Shown here piece after piece: positions 49,058 through 57,750 of a DNA stretch of 57,750 nt. This DNA comes from an archaeon (GTDB lineage: Archaea > Nanobdellota > Nanobdellia > Woesearchaeales > GW2011-AR4), in contig NZEC01000002.1 in NCBI GenBank assembly GCA_002688925.1, positions 6,242 to 63,991 of the forward strand, in the 5' to 3' direction. How positions within the stretch are numbered: position 1 is the stretch's first letter; each line of letters opens with the position of its first letter. The position numbers and the translations under genes are program-made. The notes beneath the pieces are model-generated. The model made no database searches. It was not told the DNA's origin and worked only from the letters and a program-made list of their open reading frames with translations.

Positions 49058-49357
49058 ATGAAAAACGTAAAAAAATGTAAGAACTGTATTGTAAAAAGAA
49101 AAGGCCACACAGAAGAGTTTGACGAAAAAAAGGTTTATGGATCTGTTTATGCAGCCTGCGCCAGTGCGCACTATGACGAGCCAAACTGCGAGAAACACGC
49201 TGATGAAATAACAAAAAAAATCAAAGCCTTTGCAAAAGGAAAAAAAGATATTTCATCAGCAGTTATCCATAAAAAGGTAAACAACGAATTGAAAAAGAAA
49301 GATAAAGAGCTGGCATTTTTCTATGAGCACCATCTGCCTGATTTGAAGAGGCTTTAG
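49058..49357 (+). CDS. Stand-alone ATP-cone domain protein
   Basis: IVKRKG..EEFDEKK...S...A, ISS..I...V..EL. Confidence 0.8.
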   Translation: MKNVKKCKNCIVKRKGHTEEFDEKKVYGSVYAACASAHYDEPNCEKHADEITKKIKAFAKGKKDISSAVIHKKVNNELKKKDKELAFFYEHHLPDLKRL

Positions 49358-49441
49358 CAAATATAAAATTTTCAGAAGTAATTAATTTGAGTTTAAATCA
49401 AAATAACAAATTTTAAATAATCTAAATAGAATATTGTAATA

Positions 49442-51475
49442 ATGACAGTTAAAAAAGATTTTAATAAAGCAGAAAAATTAGAAAAAAGAGAAGCAAAATG
49501 GCTCAAAGGTGAATCTTCTTACATCAGTAATTTTAGAGATGCCATCAAAAATAGGGACAATAAAAAAGCAAAAAATATAATTAAAAGACTAGTGAAATAC
49601 CAGGAAGTTTTAGAACGGTACCATATAAGGGTTTTACGGGCAATTATTATCCTGGAAGAGGATTTTCCCCATATTTATTTTAAGGAATCAATTGAACAAT
49701 ATAAGAATAAAATTCATAATCTTTACATTGATTCAGAGAGATATTTTAAAAAAGATTATGGAAGTATTGCAAAATTTTCAACACAGCTTAATTCTTATGT
49801 AGATGATAATAAATGGAAAGAACTTTCAAATGCTCTTATAATAATCGAAAAATCGATTAGGGACTGGATTAGCTTAGATAAGCAATTAATCGAATTCGAA
49901 AAAAAGATGTATGAACAGAGAAGCAAAGTTACCACAGTTGTTTTTGAGGCAATAAACAAAATTGACCCAAAATCATCTAATTCTGCTGAAATTCAAAAAA
50001 ACTTATTAGTAATAAAATCCAATATTGACACGTATGGAAATATCTATTCAGAGAAAGAAAGAAAAAGGTTTATTACCCCTTTCAAAAAATTAGTTATATC
50101 TGGATTTCTAACTGTTACAATGGCAATTACAATGCTAACTACGGTTGGCTGTGGTAAGAATGAAGTTAACCCAATCATAGATATTACTCCGAAAGTCTCA
50201 GTGAGTAAAAAAGGAGATATTGTTTCTGCTATTCCGATGACAGGATTAGAAAAAACTCAACCACAAAAAGAGATTACTGACCCAAAGCTGATTGAGGAAT
50301 ATAAAGAATTAAAAACTGAATACCAAACAACCGGAAAAATCAATATAAAGCTATTGTCTAACTTGTATTGGGGCATTCAGGCAAGAAAACACATAAAAGA
50401 AAGTTCAAGAAATTATTATTCTCAAGAATTTTTCCGCCTTGCGTATGCAATTGATAGAAAATATAAGCTTAGGGGCCAAGGAAATGCCACTGATAATCTA
50501 GCCCTTGTAAAAATGGGGGTTATGCAGCCAATAAAAAAATATAACAAAGCAGCTAATTCAATTGTTCACCCTGTGACAATAGAAAAATCCCAATGTTACA
50601 GTAGCTCAATTCTTACAGTGTTGACTTATTTTAACATAATGGCAAGGCATCTAGAAAATATTTCAAAAAGCTACAGGTATAATTATATTGACCCGGTAGT
50701 TTTTATTTATACAGATGGACATGTACTACCTGGTACAATCGTTGGCTCAAAGTTTTTTGGAACTGAATCAACAGATAAGGGCAAAGCCAGAATAGATTTT
50801 GGAACTAAGGCTAGGCTTAAGCAAGGAAAAAATAACATATATATTGTAAAAGCTGATAAGGCAATTGCCTGTCAGATTGCCTTAGCATTTAAAGATAAAG
50901 TATTTGCAAAAAAATTAGAACAAGATGCTTTTGTATTTAAGCATATACCTAATGAAGGTACATACAGTGAAGCTTCTGATGAGGCATCTGGAACTGGTTT
51001 TGAAAATCCATTTGCTTTTGGCAAGTCAAGACAACTTGAAGGAGATTTTGACATGGAATCCAACGATTCTTTCCAACCTTTTTCAGCACTGCCTGTTTAT
51101 TCTGGTGCAAGTGGTAGTGCTAAACCTGATACAGAAGTTCGGCAGACTACAGAGAAATTGACATTTAATAAATCAAATTTATCAGAGATAGAGCAGAAAA
51201 AGTGTTTAAAAATATTGTCTGCTTACCTTAGATGGTTTAATGATAACAACGTTGGGAAAACAAATTATATTGACGCAAATATATTAGGTCAAGTCAATAA
51301 TATGGGATTTACCGAGGCCTCTTACATACTTGAAAAACAAGACAGAATTAACTTTATGAGTAAATCTTTTGGAGTCTTTTTACGAGAAGCAAAGAAATTT
51401 ACTGGCAAGTCCAGTTTCGGATGGAAAGAAGGTTATGATGAGATTGCGAAAGCAATTGATAGATATTTAAAATAA
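49442..51475 (+). CDS. Large membrane-anchored protein with putative transglutaminase-like/papain-fold domain
   Basis: Helical N-terminus, internal TM (LVISGFLTVTMAITMLTTVGC), then QCYSS...GHVLPG...GTEST. Confidence 0.65.
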   Translation: MTVKKDFNKAEKLEKREAKWLKGESSYISNFRDAIKNRDNKKAKNIIKRLVKYQEVLERYHIRVLRAIIILEEDFPHIYFKESIEQYKNKIHNLYIDSERYFKKDYGSIAKFSTQLNSYVDDNKWKELSNALIIIEKSIRDWISLDKQLIEFEKKMYEQRSKVTTVVFEAINKIDPKSSNSAEIQKNLLVIKSNIDTYGNIYSEKERKRFITPFKKLVISGFLTVTMAITMLTTVGCGKNEVNPIIDITPKVSVSKKGDIVSAIPMTGLEKTQPQKEITDPKLIEEYKELKTEYQTTGKINIKLLSNLYWGIQARKHIKESSRNYYSQEFFRLAYAIDRKYKLRGQGNATDNLALVKMGVMQPIKKYNKAANSIVHPVTIEKSQCYSSSILTVLTYFNIMARHLENISKSYRYNYIDPVVFIYTDGHVLPGTIVGSKFFGTESTDKGKARIDFGTKARLKQGKNNIYIVKADKAIACQIALAFKDKVFAKKLEQDAFVFKHIPNEGTYSEASDEASGTGFENPFAFGKSRQLEGDFDMESNDSFQPFSALPVYSGASGSAKPDTEVRQTTEKLTFNKSNLSEIEQKKCLKILSAYLRWFNDNNVGKTNYIDANILGQVNNMGFTEASYILEKQDRINFMSKSFGVFLREAKKFTGKSSFGWKEGYDEIAKAIDRYLK

Positions 51476-51488
51476 AAAATAAAAAAAA

Positions 51489-51632
51489 TCAACCTTTCTT
51501 CATCTCTTTTTCAAGCTGACACTCAATAATATCGATGATGTTATCATATTTCTCTTCACAATCCAAAAAATCAGGATCATTCATATCAATGCACATTCCT
51601 TTTTTAGACACAATGTTTTGTTTCATTTCCAT
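51489..51632 (-). CDS. Small acidic protein (47 aa)
   Basis: MEMKQNIVSKKGMCIDMNDPDFLDCEEKYDNIIDIIECQLEKEMKKG*; strong SD gaggtga; not in ORF track. Confidence 0.55.
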   Translation of the reverse strand: MEMKQNIVSKKGMCIDMNDPDFLDCEEKYDNIIDIIECQLEKEMKKG

Positions 51633-52177
51633 TCACCTCACACAAATATGCAATAATTACAGGCTTTGTCTTATATTGGATTATGATACTTATCTTGATG
51701 AAGCTAGCCTAAAACAATTAAATCTAAACAATGTTAATATGGATTATATATTAAGAAAGCCAGATAGGATTATTTATTTTAAAAAAGCATGGAGGGTTTT
51801 TACAGTAAACACCTGGAACAATAATCCTAATATTCGAAAAAGCGATATGAAGAGAAGAGAGATATATGAAACACCATATAAAATTTTAGATAAAAATATA
51901 GGAGATTGTATCAATAATTTTTTTTAATTAATAGTGCATGTTAAGAATAAATATCAGTTGTAACAAACTTAATATACTCCAATATACAATCCAATAACAT
52001 GCCCAAAACAAAAATAATTTTTTCAATTTTCCTTCTAATAATATTATTTACATTAACAAGTTGAAGAGGATTAGAAGCTGATTGTAGGGTAAAGCTAAAT
52101 TAACGTTCACTCCAAACAAACAATAATACCATTAAATTATAGAAAAGTTTATAAATAATAAACGATTTCTACTATAT

Positions 52178-53827
52178 ATGATAACCGAAATATTCACAAA
52201 GAAAAACATAGAAATCCTGAGATTACTCTCAAAAGAAAGCCTGCACATAAGGGATATTGCGCAGAACTTAGACATTTCCCCGGCTAAAGTGCATGCAACG
52301 ATTCAATTGTTCAAGAAAAACAACCTCATAAAGGAGCACAATGAAAAAAACAGGATAATTATCAGCTTAAACAAGGAAAGCTCGATGCTAAAAGAGATCC
52401 AGGATCTGTTAAATACAGGAATCAAAGAAACCCGTTTTGAGCCAAAGCTAAATATTTTTGACACAATAAGCCCATTGGATTTCAGGTATTATGCAAGAAA
52501 TGAAGGAATATTCCAAAAATTACAGCCTTACTTAAGCGAAAATGCAATGATTAAGTACATGGCTAAGGTTGAATCTGCTTTAACTAAAGTTCTTGCCAAA
52601 AAAAATATCTGCAGCCAAAAAATTGCTGATGAGATTGAAAAAGCCTCAAAAAAAATAACAGCAGAAGAAGTCTATATTGAAGAAGATAAATTAAAGCACA
52701 ATATCCGGGCTTTGGTAAACTGCATAAGGGAAAAAGTAAGCGATGAGGCAAAGCCGTTCGTACATTTTACAACAACAAGCCATGACATAATATCAACAGC
52801 AGACGCATTAAGATACAAAGAATTTACTGAAAATGTTCTTGTTCCTGAACTGATTAATTTCGAAAATACTTTAATCAGCTTATCATTAAGGGAAAAAAAC
52901 ACTTTACAAGTAGGAAGAACTCACGGCCAGCATGCAGTCCCGATTACATTTGGCTTCTCAATTGCGCAATATGTTTCCAGATTCGGAAATACTATCAAAA
53001 AAATAAAAAAATCCGGGAATAATTTAAGAGGCAAAATAGCTGGAGCAGTAGGAAGCTACAACGCATCATCATTATTCTTTGACAACCCGGAAGAATTCGA
53101 AAAGCTTGTATTAGAGGAAATAAATCTTAAAGCTTCCCCTATCTCGACGCAAATACCTGAAGCAGAGTTTATCACAGATTATGTTAATGCAGTAATTGAA
53201 AGCTTTGGCGTTCTTGCTAACTTGTCAGATGACATGAGAAATCTTCAAAGATCAGAAATCTCAGAAGTTGCAGAAGTTTTTGCAGCAAAGCAGGTAGGAA
53301 GCTCAACAATGCCCCAGAAAAGAAACCCAATAAACTTTGAAAACGTTAAGAGCCTATGGAAGGAATTCATGCCAAGGATCCAGACAGTTTACTTAGACCA
53401 GATATCAGAGCATCAAAGAGACTTAACAAATTCTGCAACCTCAAGATTCATCCCGGAAATTCTTGCAGCATTATACATCTCTGTTAAAAGATTGAACAGA
53501 ACAATGAAAAACCTTACAGTAGACAAAGTTAACTTAAAAAAGAATTTTGACATGAACAAAGGCCTTATCGTAGCAGAGCCATTATACATCTTATTGGCAG
53601 CAACAGGCCATCCTGATGCCCACGAAGCAGTAAGGCAATTAACACTAAAAGCCCAGTCAGAAAAAAAGCCATTAACAGAGATTATAAAAAAGGAAAAATC
53701 ACTCCAGGATTATCTGAAAAAATTCAGCAAAAAACAGATGAAAATAATAACAAACCCTGAGAAATACACAGGAATATCAGCTAAAAAGACAGAAAAGGTT
53801 TGCAGGGAATGGAAGAGTGAGTTTTAA
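52178..53827 (+). CDS. purB: Adenylosuccinate lyase with N-terminal winged-HTH domain
   Basis: ISPLDFRY, TSHDI, GRTHGQHA, GSSTMPQKRNP, HQRDLTNS; first ~80 aa HTH (LHIRDIAQNLDISPAKVH). Confidence 0.94.
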   Translation: MITEIFTKKNIEILRLLSKESLHIRDIAQNLDISPAKVHATIQLFKKNNLIKEHNEKNRIIISLNKESSMLKEIQDLLNTGIKETRFEPKLNIFDTISPLDFRYYARNEGIFQKLQPYLSENAMIKYMAKVESALTKVLAKKNICSQKIADEIEKASKKITAEEVYIEEDKLKHNIRALVNCIREKVSDEAKPFVHFTTTSHDIISTADALRYKEFTENVLVPELINFENTLISLSLREKNTLQVGRTHGQHAVPITFGFSIAQYVSRFGNTIKKIKKSGNNLRGKIAGAVGSYNASSLFFDNPEEFEKLVLEEINLKASPISTQIPEAEFITDYVNAVIESFGVLANLSDDMRNLQRSEISEVAEVFAAKQVGSSTMPQKRNPINFENVKSLWKEFMPRIQTVYLDQISEHQRDLTNSATSRFIPEILAALYISVKRLNRTMKNLTVDKVNLKKNFDMNKGLIVAEPLYILLAATGHPDAHEAVRQLTLKAQSEKKPLTEIIKKEKSLQDYLKKFSKKQMKIITNPEKYTGISAKKTEKVCREWKSEF

Positions 53828-53835
53828 GATATAAT

Positions 53836-54402
53836 TTATTTTTTAATAATTGACTCAAGGTTCTTTTTTGAAAATTCACTAATCTGGTTTTTTACTTCTT
53901 CAATTTTGTTTAACAGGTTCTCAAAGTCTAATTCAGATCCAGTTTTTTCGTTTAGAGTAGTTGCAACTTCAATAACATATTCTATTTTTTTATCAATTAG
54001 GATAACAGCGTTCCCATACCTTTTTTTTAGAATGTATTTTCTTATTTCAAGAAAACTGTCATAAAATCCTTTCGTTGCTTCGGGATGCAATTTTTGTTCA
54101 TAATTCCCCTCCCAATACCTCTTGATATCACCAAGTTTTTCCCCAGTATAATCATTAAACACTGTTACTATTTTTTCTTTTTTATCTATATCAGTTTCTT
54201 CTTTAACCTTTTTATTTTTATCTATCATTTTGCCACATTTTTGATTTTTCTTTCTGTATACCTGAAATTGAATAATATCGCCTACTTTTGGTTTTTTACT
54301 ATATTGTTTAAGAACTACATATTCAGGATCATAGAAATCAGATACTATCGGATGGCCCTTTTTTCCATAATCAATAACCCTTCCGTTACTATGTACTTTC
54401 AT
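53836..54402 (-). CDS. Hypothetical protein
   Basis: 188-aa ORF, no recognisable motif. Confidence 0.6.
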   Translation of the reverse strand: MKVHSNGRVIDYGKKGHPIVSDFYDPEYVVLKQYSKKPKVGDIIQFQVYRKKNQKCGKMIDKNKKVKEETDIDKKEKIVTVFNDYTGEKLGDIKRYWEGNYEQKLHPEATKGFYDSFLEIRKYILKKRYGNAVILIDKKIEYVIEVATTLNEKTGSELDFENLLNKIEEVKNQISEFSKKNLESIIKK

Positions 54403-54556
54403 ATTTATTAAGATAAGCTATTTAAATATAAAAACATTGCCTAAAAACCATAACATTTAAATAGAACTGCTTACTTACTTTTTCCACTAATTTTAAGAAA
54501 TATCTATATTTACAATAAATTAGCAATAAACAGAACACTGTGGAGGGTGGTAAAAA

Positions 54557-56203
54557 ATGACACAACAACAAGTACAGCCTATATTTATTTTGCCTGAAGG
54601 CTCGCAAAGAACTTTAGGAAAAGAAGCTCAGAGAAACAATATTCTGGCAGCAAAAGCAGTTGCAGAGACTGTCAGGACAACACTAGGCCCAAAGGGCATG
54701 GATAAGATGATTGTTGATACTCTTGGAGATGTTACTGTTACAAATGATGGAGTTACAATATTAGAAGATATGAATATTGAGCATCCATCTGCAAAGATGA
54801 TAGTGGAAGTCGCAAAAACACAGGAAAATGAAGTTGGAGATGGAACCACAACAGCTGTTGTTTTAGCAGGAGAGTTATTAAAAAACGCAGAAGAGCTTCT
54901 GGATCAGGATGTCCATCCTGCTGTCATTTCAAGAGGCTACAGGCTCGCAGAAGTAAAAGCCCAGGAAATATTAAACCAGATGGCTGAAAAAATAACTGCC
55001 AATAATGAAGATATCCTTAAAAAAATCGCGCAGACAGCAATGACCGGCAAAGGAGCCGAATATTCAAAAGAAAGCCTTGCAGCATTAGCTGTAAAAGCAG
55101 TTAAAATGGTTGCAGAAGATAAGCATATTGATCGTGATAATATTAAAATAGAAAAAAGGACTGGTGGAAGTGTCCAGGATTCTGAATTGATCAAAGGCAT
55201 TGTAATAGACAAGGAAAGGCTAAGCCCTGGAATGCCAAGGGTTATTGCAGACGCAAAAATCGCTTTGATTGACAGGGAAATTGAGATAAAGAAAACAGAA
55301 ATAGACGCTAATATACAGATAAAGACCCCTGACCAACTGCAGGGATTTTTAGACCAGGAAGAAAAGATGCTTCAGGACATGGTCAATTACATAACCTCTG
55401 CAGGAGCAAACGTTCTTTTATGCCAGAAAGGAATTGATGATGTTGCAACACACTACCTTGCAAAAAACGGAGTTTATGCAGTAAGGAGAGTTTCAGAAAG
55501 CGACATGAAAAAGATAGCAAAAGCAACAAGGGCAAATATCATAAATAATCTTAAGGACTTATCAGGAAATGACCTGGGATTTGCAGGAACAGTAGAGGGA
55601 AAGAAAGTAGGGGATGAGGAATTTACCTATATCCAGGACTGCAAAAACCCAAAAGCTGTTACTTTGTTAATCAGGGGTGGAACAGAGCATGTTACAAGTG
55701 AAATTGAAAGGGCTGTAACAGACGCAGTAGGAGATGTTGCTGCTGCATTAAAAACCGGGTTAGTAGTTGGAGGCGCAGGATCTCCTGAAATCGAGCTGTC
55801 AATGTCAATGAAAAAATATGCAAATTCCCTTTCTGGAAGAGAACAACTAGCAGTAATGGCATTTGCAAATGCAATGGAAGTAATTCCAAGAACATTGGTG
55901 GAAAATGCAGGTCTTGACCCAATAGACTCAATGGCAGACATTAAGGCAGCTCACTCAAAAAAGCAGAAATGGGCAGGAATTGATGTCTTTACAGGAAAGG
56001 TTATGGATGCCTGGAAAAGAGGAGTTATTGAGCCGTTGAACATCAAAACACAGGCAATAAGCTCAGCTGCGGAAGTCTCAGTCATGGTATTAAGGATTGA
56101 TGACGTAATCCAGTCAGCAAGCTCAAACGATCAAATGCCTCAACAAATGCCTCCTGGCGGAATGGGAGGAATGCCACCTGGTATGGGCGGCATGGGCATG
56201 TAA
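54557..56203 (+). CDS. ths: Thermosome (group II chaperonin) subunit
   Basis: [31 protein letters not shown]-rich tail. Confidence 0.98.
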   Translation: MTQQQVQPIFILPEGSQRTLGKEAQRNNILAAKAVAETVRTTLGPKGMDKMIVDTLGDVTVTNDGVTILEDMNIEHPSAKMIVEVAKTQENEVGDGTTTAVVLAGELLKNAEELLDQDVHPAVISRGYRLAEVKAQEILNQMAEKITANNEDILKKIAQTAMTGKGAEYSKESLAALAVKAVKMVAEDKHIDRDNIKIEKRTGGSVQDSELIKGIVIDKERLSPGMPRVIADAKIALIDREIEIKKTEIDANIQIKTPDQLQGFLDQEEKMLQDMVNYITSAGANVLLCQKGIDDVATHYLAKNGVYAVRRVSESDMKKIAKATRANIINNLKDLSGNDLGFAGTVEGKKVGDEEFTYIQDCKNPKAVTLLIRGGTEHVTSEIERAVTDAVGDVAAALKTGLVVGGAGSPEIELSMSMKKYANSLSGREQLAVMAFANAMEVIPRTLVENAGLDPIDSMADIKAAHSKKQKWAGIDVFTGKVMDAWKRGVIEPLNIKTQAISSAAEVSVMVLRIDDVIQSASSNDQMPQQMPPGGMGGMPPGMGGMGM

Positions 56204-56267
56204 GATTTTTTATATTCTTTTCTTCTAAACAAAATATATTTAAAACATCAAACTATTCATTGATTCA

Positions 56268-56672
56268 ATGAAAAAAGTAATGGCATTCGGGGCATTTGAC
56301 ATACTCCATAAAGGGCATGAGCATTATCTTAAGGAAGCAAAAAATTATGGAGATTATTTAATTGTTTTAGTTGCAAGAGACCAAAATATTGCAAAAATTA
56401 AGGGAAAAAAAGCAGTGCATAATGAACTTTTTCGATTAGAACAAATAGTAAAACTCGATTTTGTTGATGAAGCTGTTTTAGGGGATAAAGAAGATTACCT
56501 TAAAGCTTTGGATGAATACAAGCCCGATATCCTGTGCCTTGGCTATGACCAGAAAACAATAGACGAAAATAAGCTAAAAGAAGAGCTAAAGAAAAGAAAT
56601 ATTAATGCAGAGATTATAAGGGCAAAGCCATTCAAAGAAAATATCTATAAGAGCTCGATACTAAAAAAATAA
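56268..56672 (+). CDS. ribL: Archaeal FAD synthase / cytidylyltransferase-like protein
   Basis: FGAFDILHKGH, VARD, PDILCLGYDQ, KSS. Confidence 0.8.
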   Translation: MKKVMAFGAFDILHKGHEHYLKEAKNYGDYLIVLVARDQNIAKIKGKKAVHNELFRLEQIVKLDFVDEAVLGDKEDYLKALDEYKPDILCLGYDQKTIDENKLKEELKKRNINAEIIRAKPFKENIYKSSILKK

Positions 56673-56687
56673 GATATAGAAATTAAA

Positions 56688-57395
56688 CTAATTCTTTATC
56701 ACAACTTCCTTGTTAACTAAACTTAACTTATTAATTATTACATGCCCGCAATATTCATCTTCTTTTACAATTTTATAATCATCAACCTGCAGTTTTTTGT
56801 CAAATATTGGGCAATTCAAAACTAAAGTGTCTGCATAGCCGCCTTCAAATCCAACATGGAACTTATACTTTTCGCTGTCTTTTTTTAATTCAGGAAAATT
56901 ATCTTTTGTCAGTGTTTTTCCAAGCCATGGCATTAATCCGGCTGATGCAACCTGGGTAATCATGATTTCATACCCTTTATCCAGCATTTTCTGGAATGCA
57001 ATATCATGATCTTCTCCGGCATGCGCTGCAAAACTTTCGATTCCCATCGGCATCAATACTTCCTGTATGCTTCTTAATTGTGTTTCCTGCAGTCCGGTGC
57101 CCCCTAAAATAACCACATCAACGGGCTCGGTTTTCTGCTTTTCTTCGATTATTTTTTTCACGATCTGGGCTTCCTGTTTTGGGTCTGCTACAGTACATTC
57201 TTTCAGGATATGGGGTATCTTAAGGATTTTTGACAGTTCTTTGGTATGCTCAACAGTTGCATAATGGAATAAATAACAATCCGTTCTATTTGGCTTTATA
57301 GAAACCAGGTATTTTATGTTCCATCCTTTTTCCAAAGCGCAATCTATTGCAAATGTACTGTCCTTTCCTCCTGAATATAATATTGCCACATTCAT
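56688..57395 (-). CDS. dph6: Diphthine-ammonia ligase-like PP-loop ATPase
   Basis: LYSGGKDS, YLFH, WLG, FEGG..DTLVL.CP.F. Confidence 0.85.
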   Translation of the reverse strand: MNVAILYSGGKDSTFAIDCALEKGWNIKYLVSIKPNRTDCYLFHYATVEHTKELSKILKIPHILKECTVADPKQEAQIVKKIIEEKQKTEPVDVVILGGTGLQETQLRSIQEVLMPMGIESFAAHAGEDHDIAFQKMLDKGYEIMITQVASAGLMPWLGKTLTKDNFPELKKDSEKYKFHVGFEGGYADTLVLNCPIFDKKLQVDDYKIVKEDEYCGHVIINKLSLVNKEVVIKN

Positions 57396-57454
57396 ATAAT
57401 TAATGGATTAATAACGTATTTATAAATGTTATGTCTTAGTTAGCTCTGTAGAAA

Positions 57455-57550
57455 ATGAAGGTAGCATCAAATTGCGAGCCCTTTGAAAAGCTCATTAAGC
57501 CTGACGGGGACGTCCCTCACGGGGTGGCAGGCATAGAAGACGGTAAATAA
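57455..57550 (+). other. GC-rich segment: 31-aa small ORF or structured ncRNA
   Basis: MKVASNCEPFEKLIKPDGDVPHGVAGIEDGK* about 29 nt after tttataaa; the same region also folds into hairpins. Confidence 0.4.
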
Positions 57551-57595
57551 ACTTATTCCGAGCAATAAGATATTCCTAGATGATTTATTCATCGA

Positions 57596-57750
57596 TAAAG
57601 GTATTAATAAAGGTATTAATAAAGGTATTAATAAAGGTATTAATAAAGATATTAATGAGGATATTAATAAATATATTAGTGAAGATATTAGTGAAGATAT
57701 TAATGAAGATATTAATGAGGATATTAATAAATATATTAATGAAGATATTA
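57596..57750. repeat. 12-bp tandem repeat array, >=13 units, runs off window end
   Basis: taaaggtattaa x4, then variants taaagatattaa, tgaggatattaa, taaatatattag, tgaagatattag, tgaagatattaa. Confidence 0.95.

Noticed and set aside
51535-51927. 130-aa plus-strand ORF
   Set aside because: 5' half is antisense to a better-supported small ORF; only the part from ATG 51739 might be coding, with no support beyond being open
57596-57750. CRISPR array
   Set aside because: Contiguous 12-bp units with no unique spacers; no cas genes in the window

Overview
AT-rich archaeal chromosomal segment. The archaeal information-processing genes (exosome/proteasome superoperon, Alba, aCPSF1, fibrillarin/Nop5, S3Ae, thermosome), bacterial-type TpiA, GyrB and MoeB, and many pilin-like or Ig-repeat surface proteins suggest a DPANN (Woesearchaeales-like) organism; this assignment is inference. 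Other housekeeping blocks: Feo iron uptake with two DtxR regulators, PLP synthase (pdxST), and de novo purine genes (purM, purS, purE, purC, purB). The main accessory feature is a ~7.5 kb element integrated at the 3' end of tRNA-Gln(CTG). It has a 13-bp att direct repeat (30033-30045 / 37544-37556), 9-bp inverted repeats just inside both ends, a tyrosine integrase, an RHH protein, an R-M remnant, and an ACT-regulator-led operon of three unknown proteins, at least two of them paralogous. Other oddities: an APC permease-methyltransferase fusion, a wHTH-PurB fusion, internally duplicated PurS and PurE, a Hel308 lacking its N-terminal ATPase domain, a MITE/REP-like dispersed repeat, a membrane-anchored transglutaminase-like protein, several small ORFs missing from the track, and a 12-bp tandem array at the right edge. 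All calls come from motif recognition by eye; no database searches were run.
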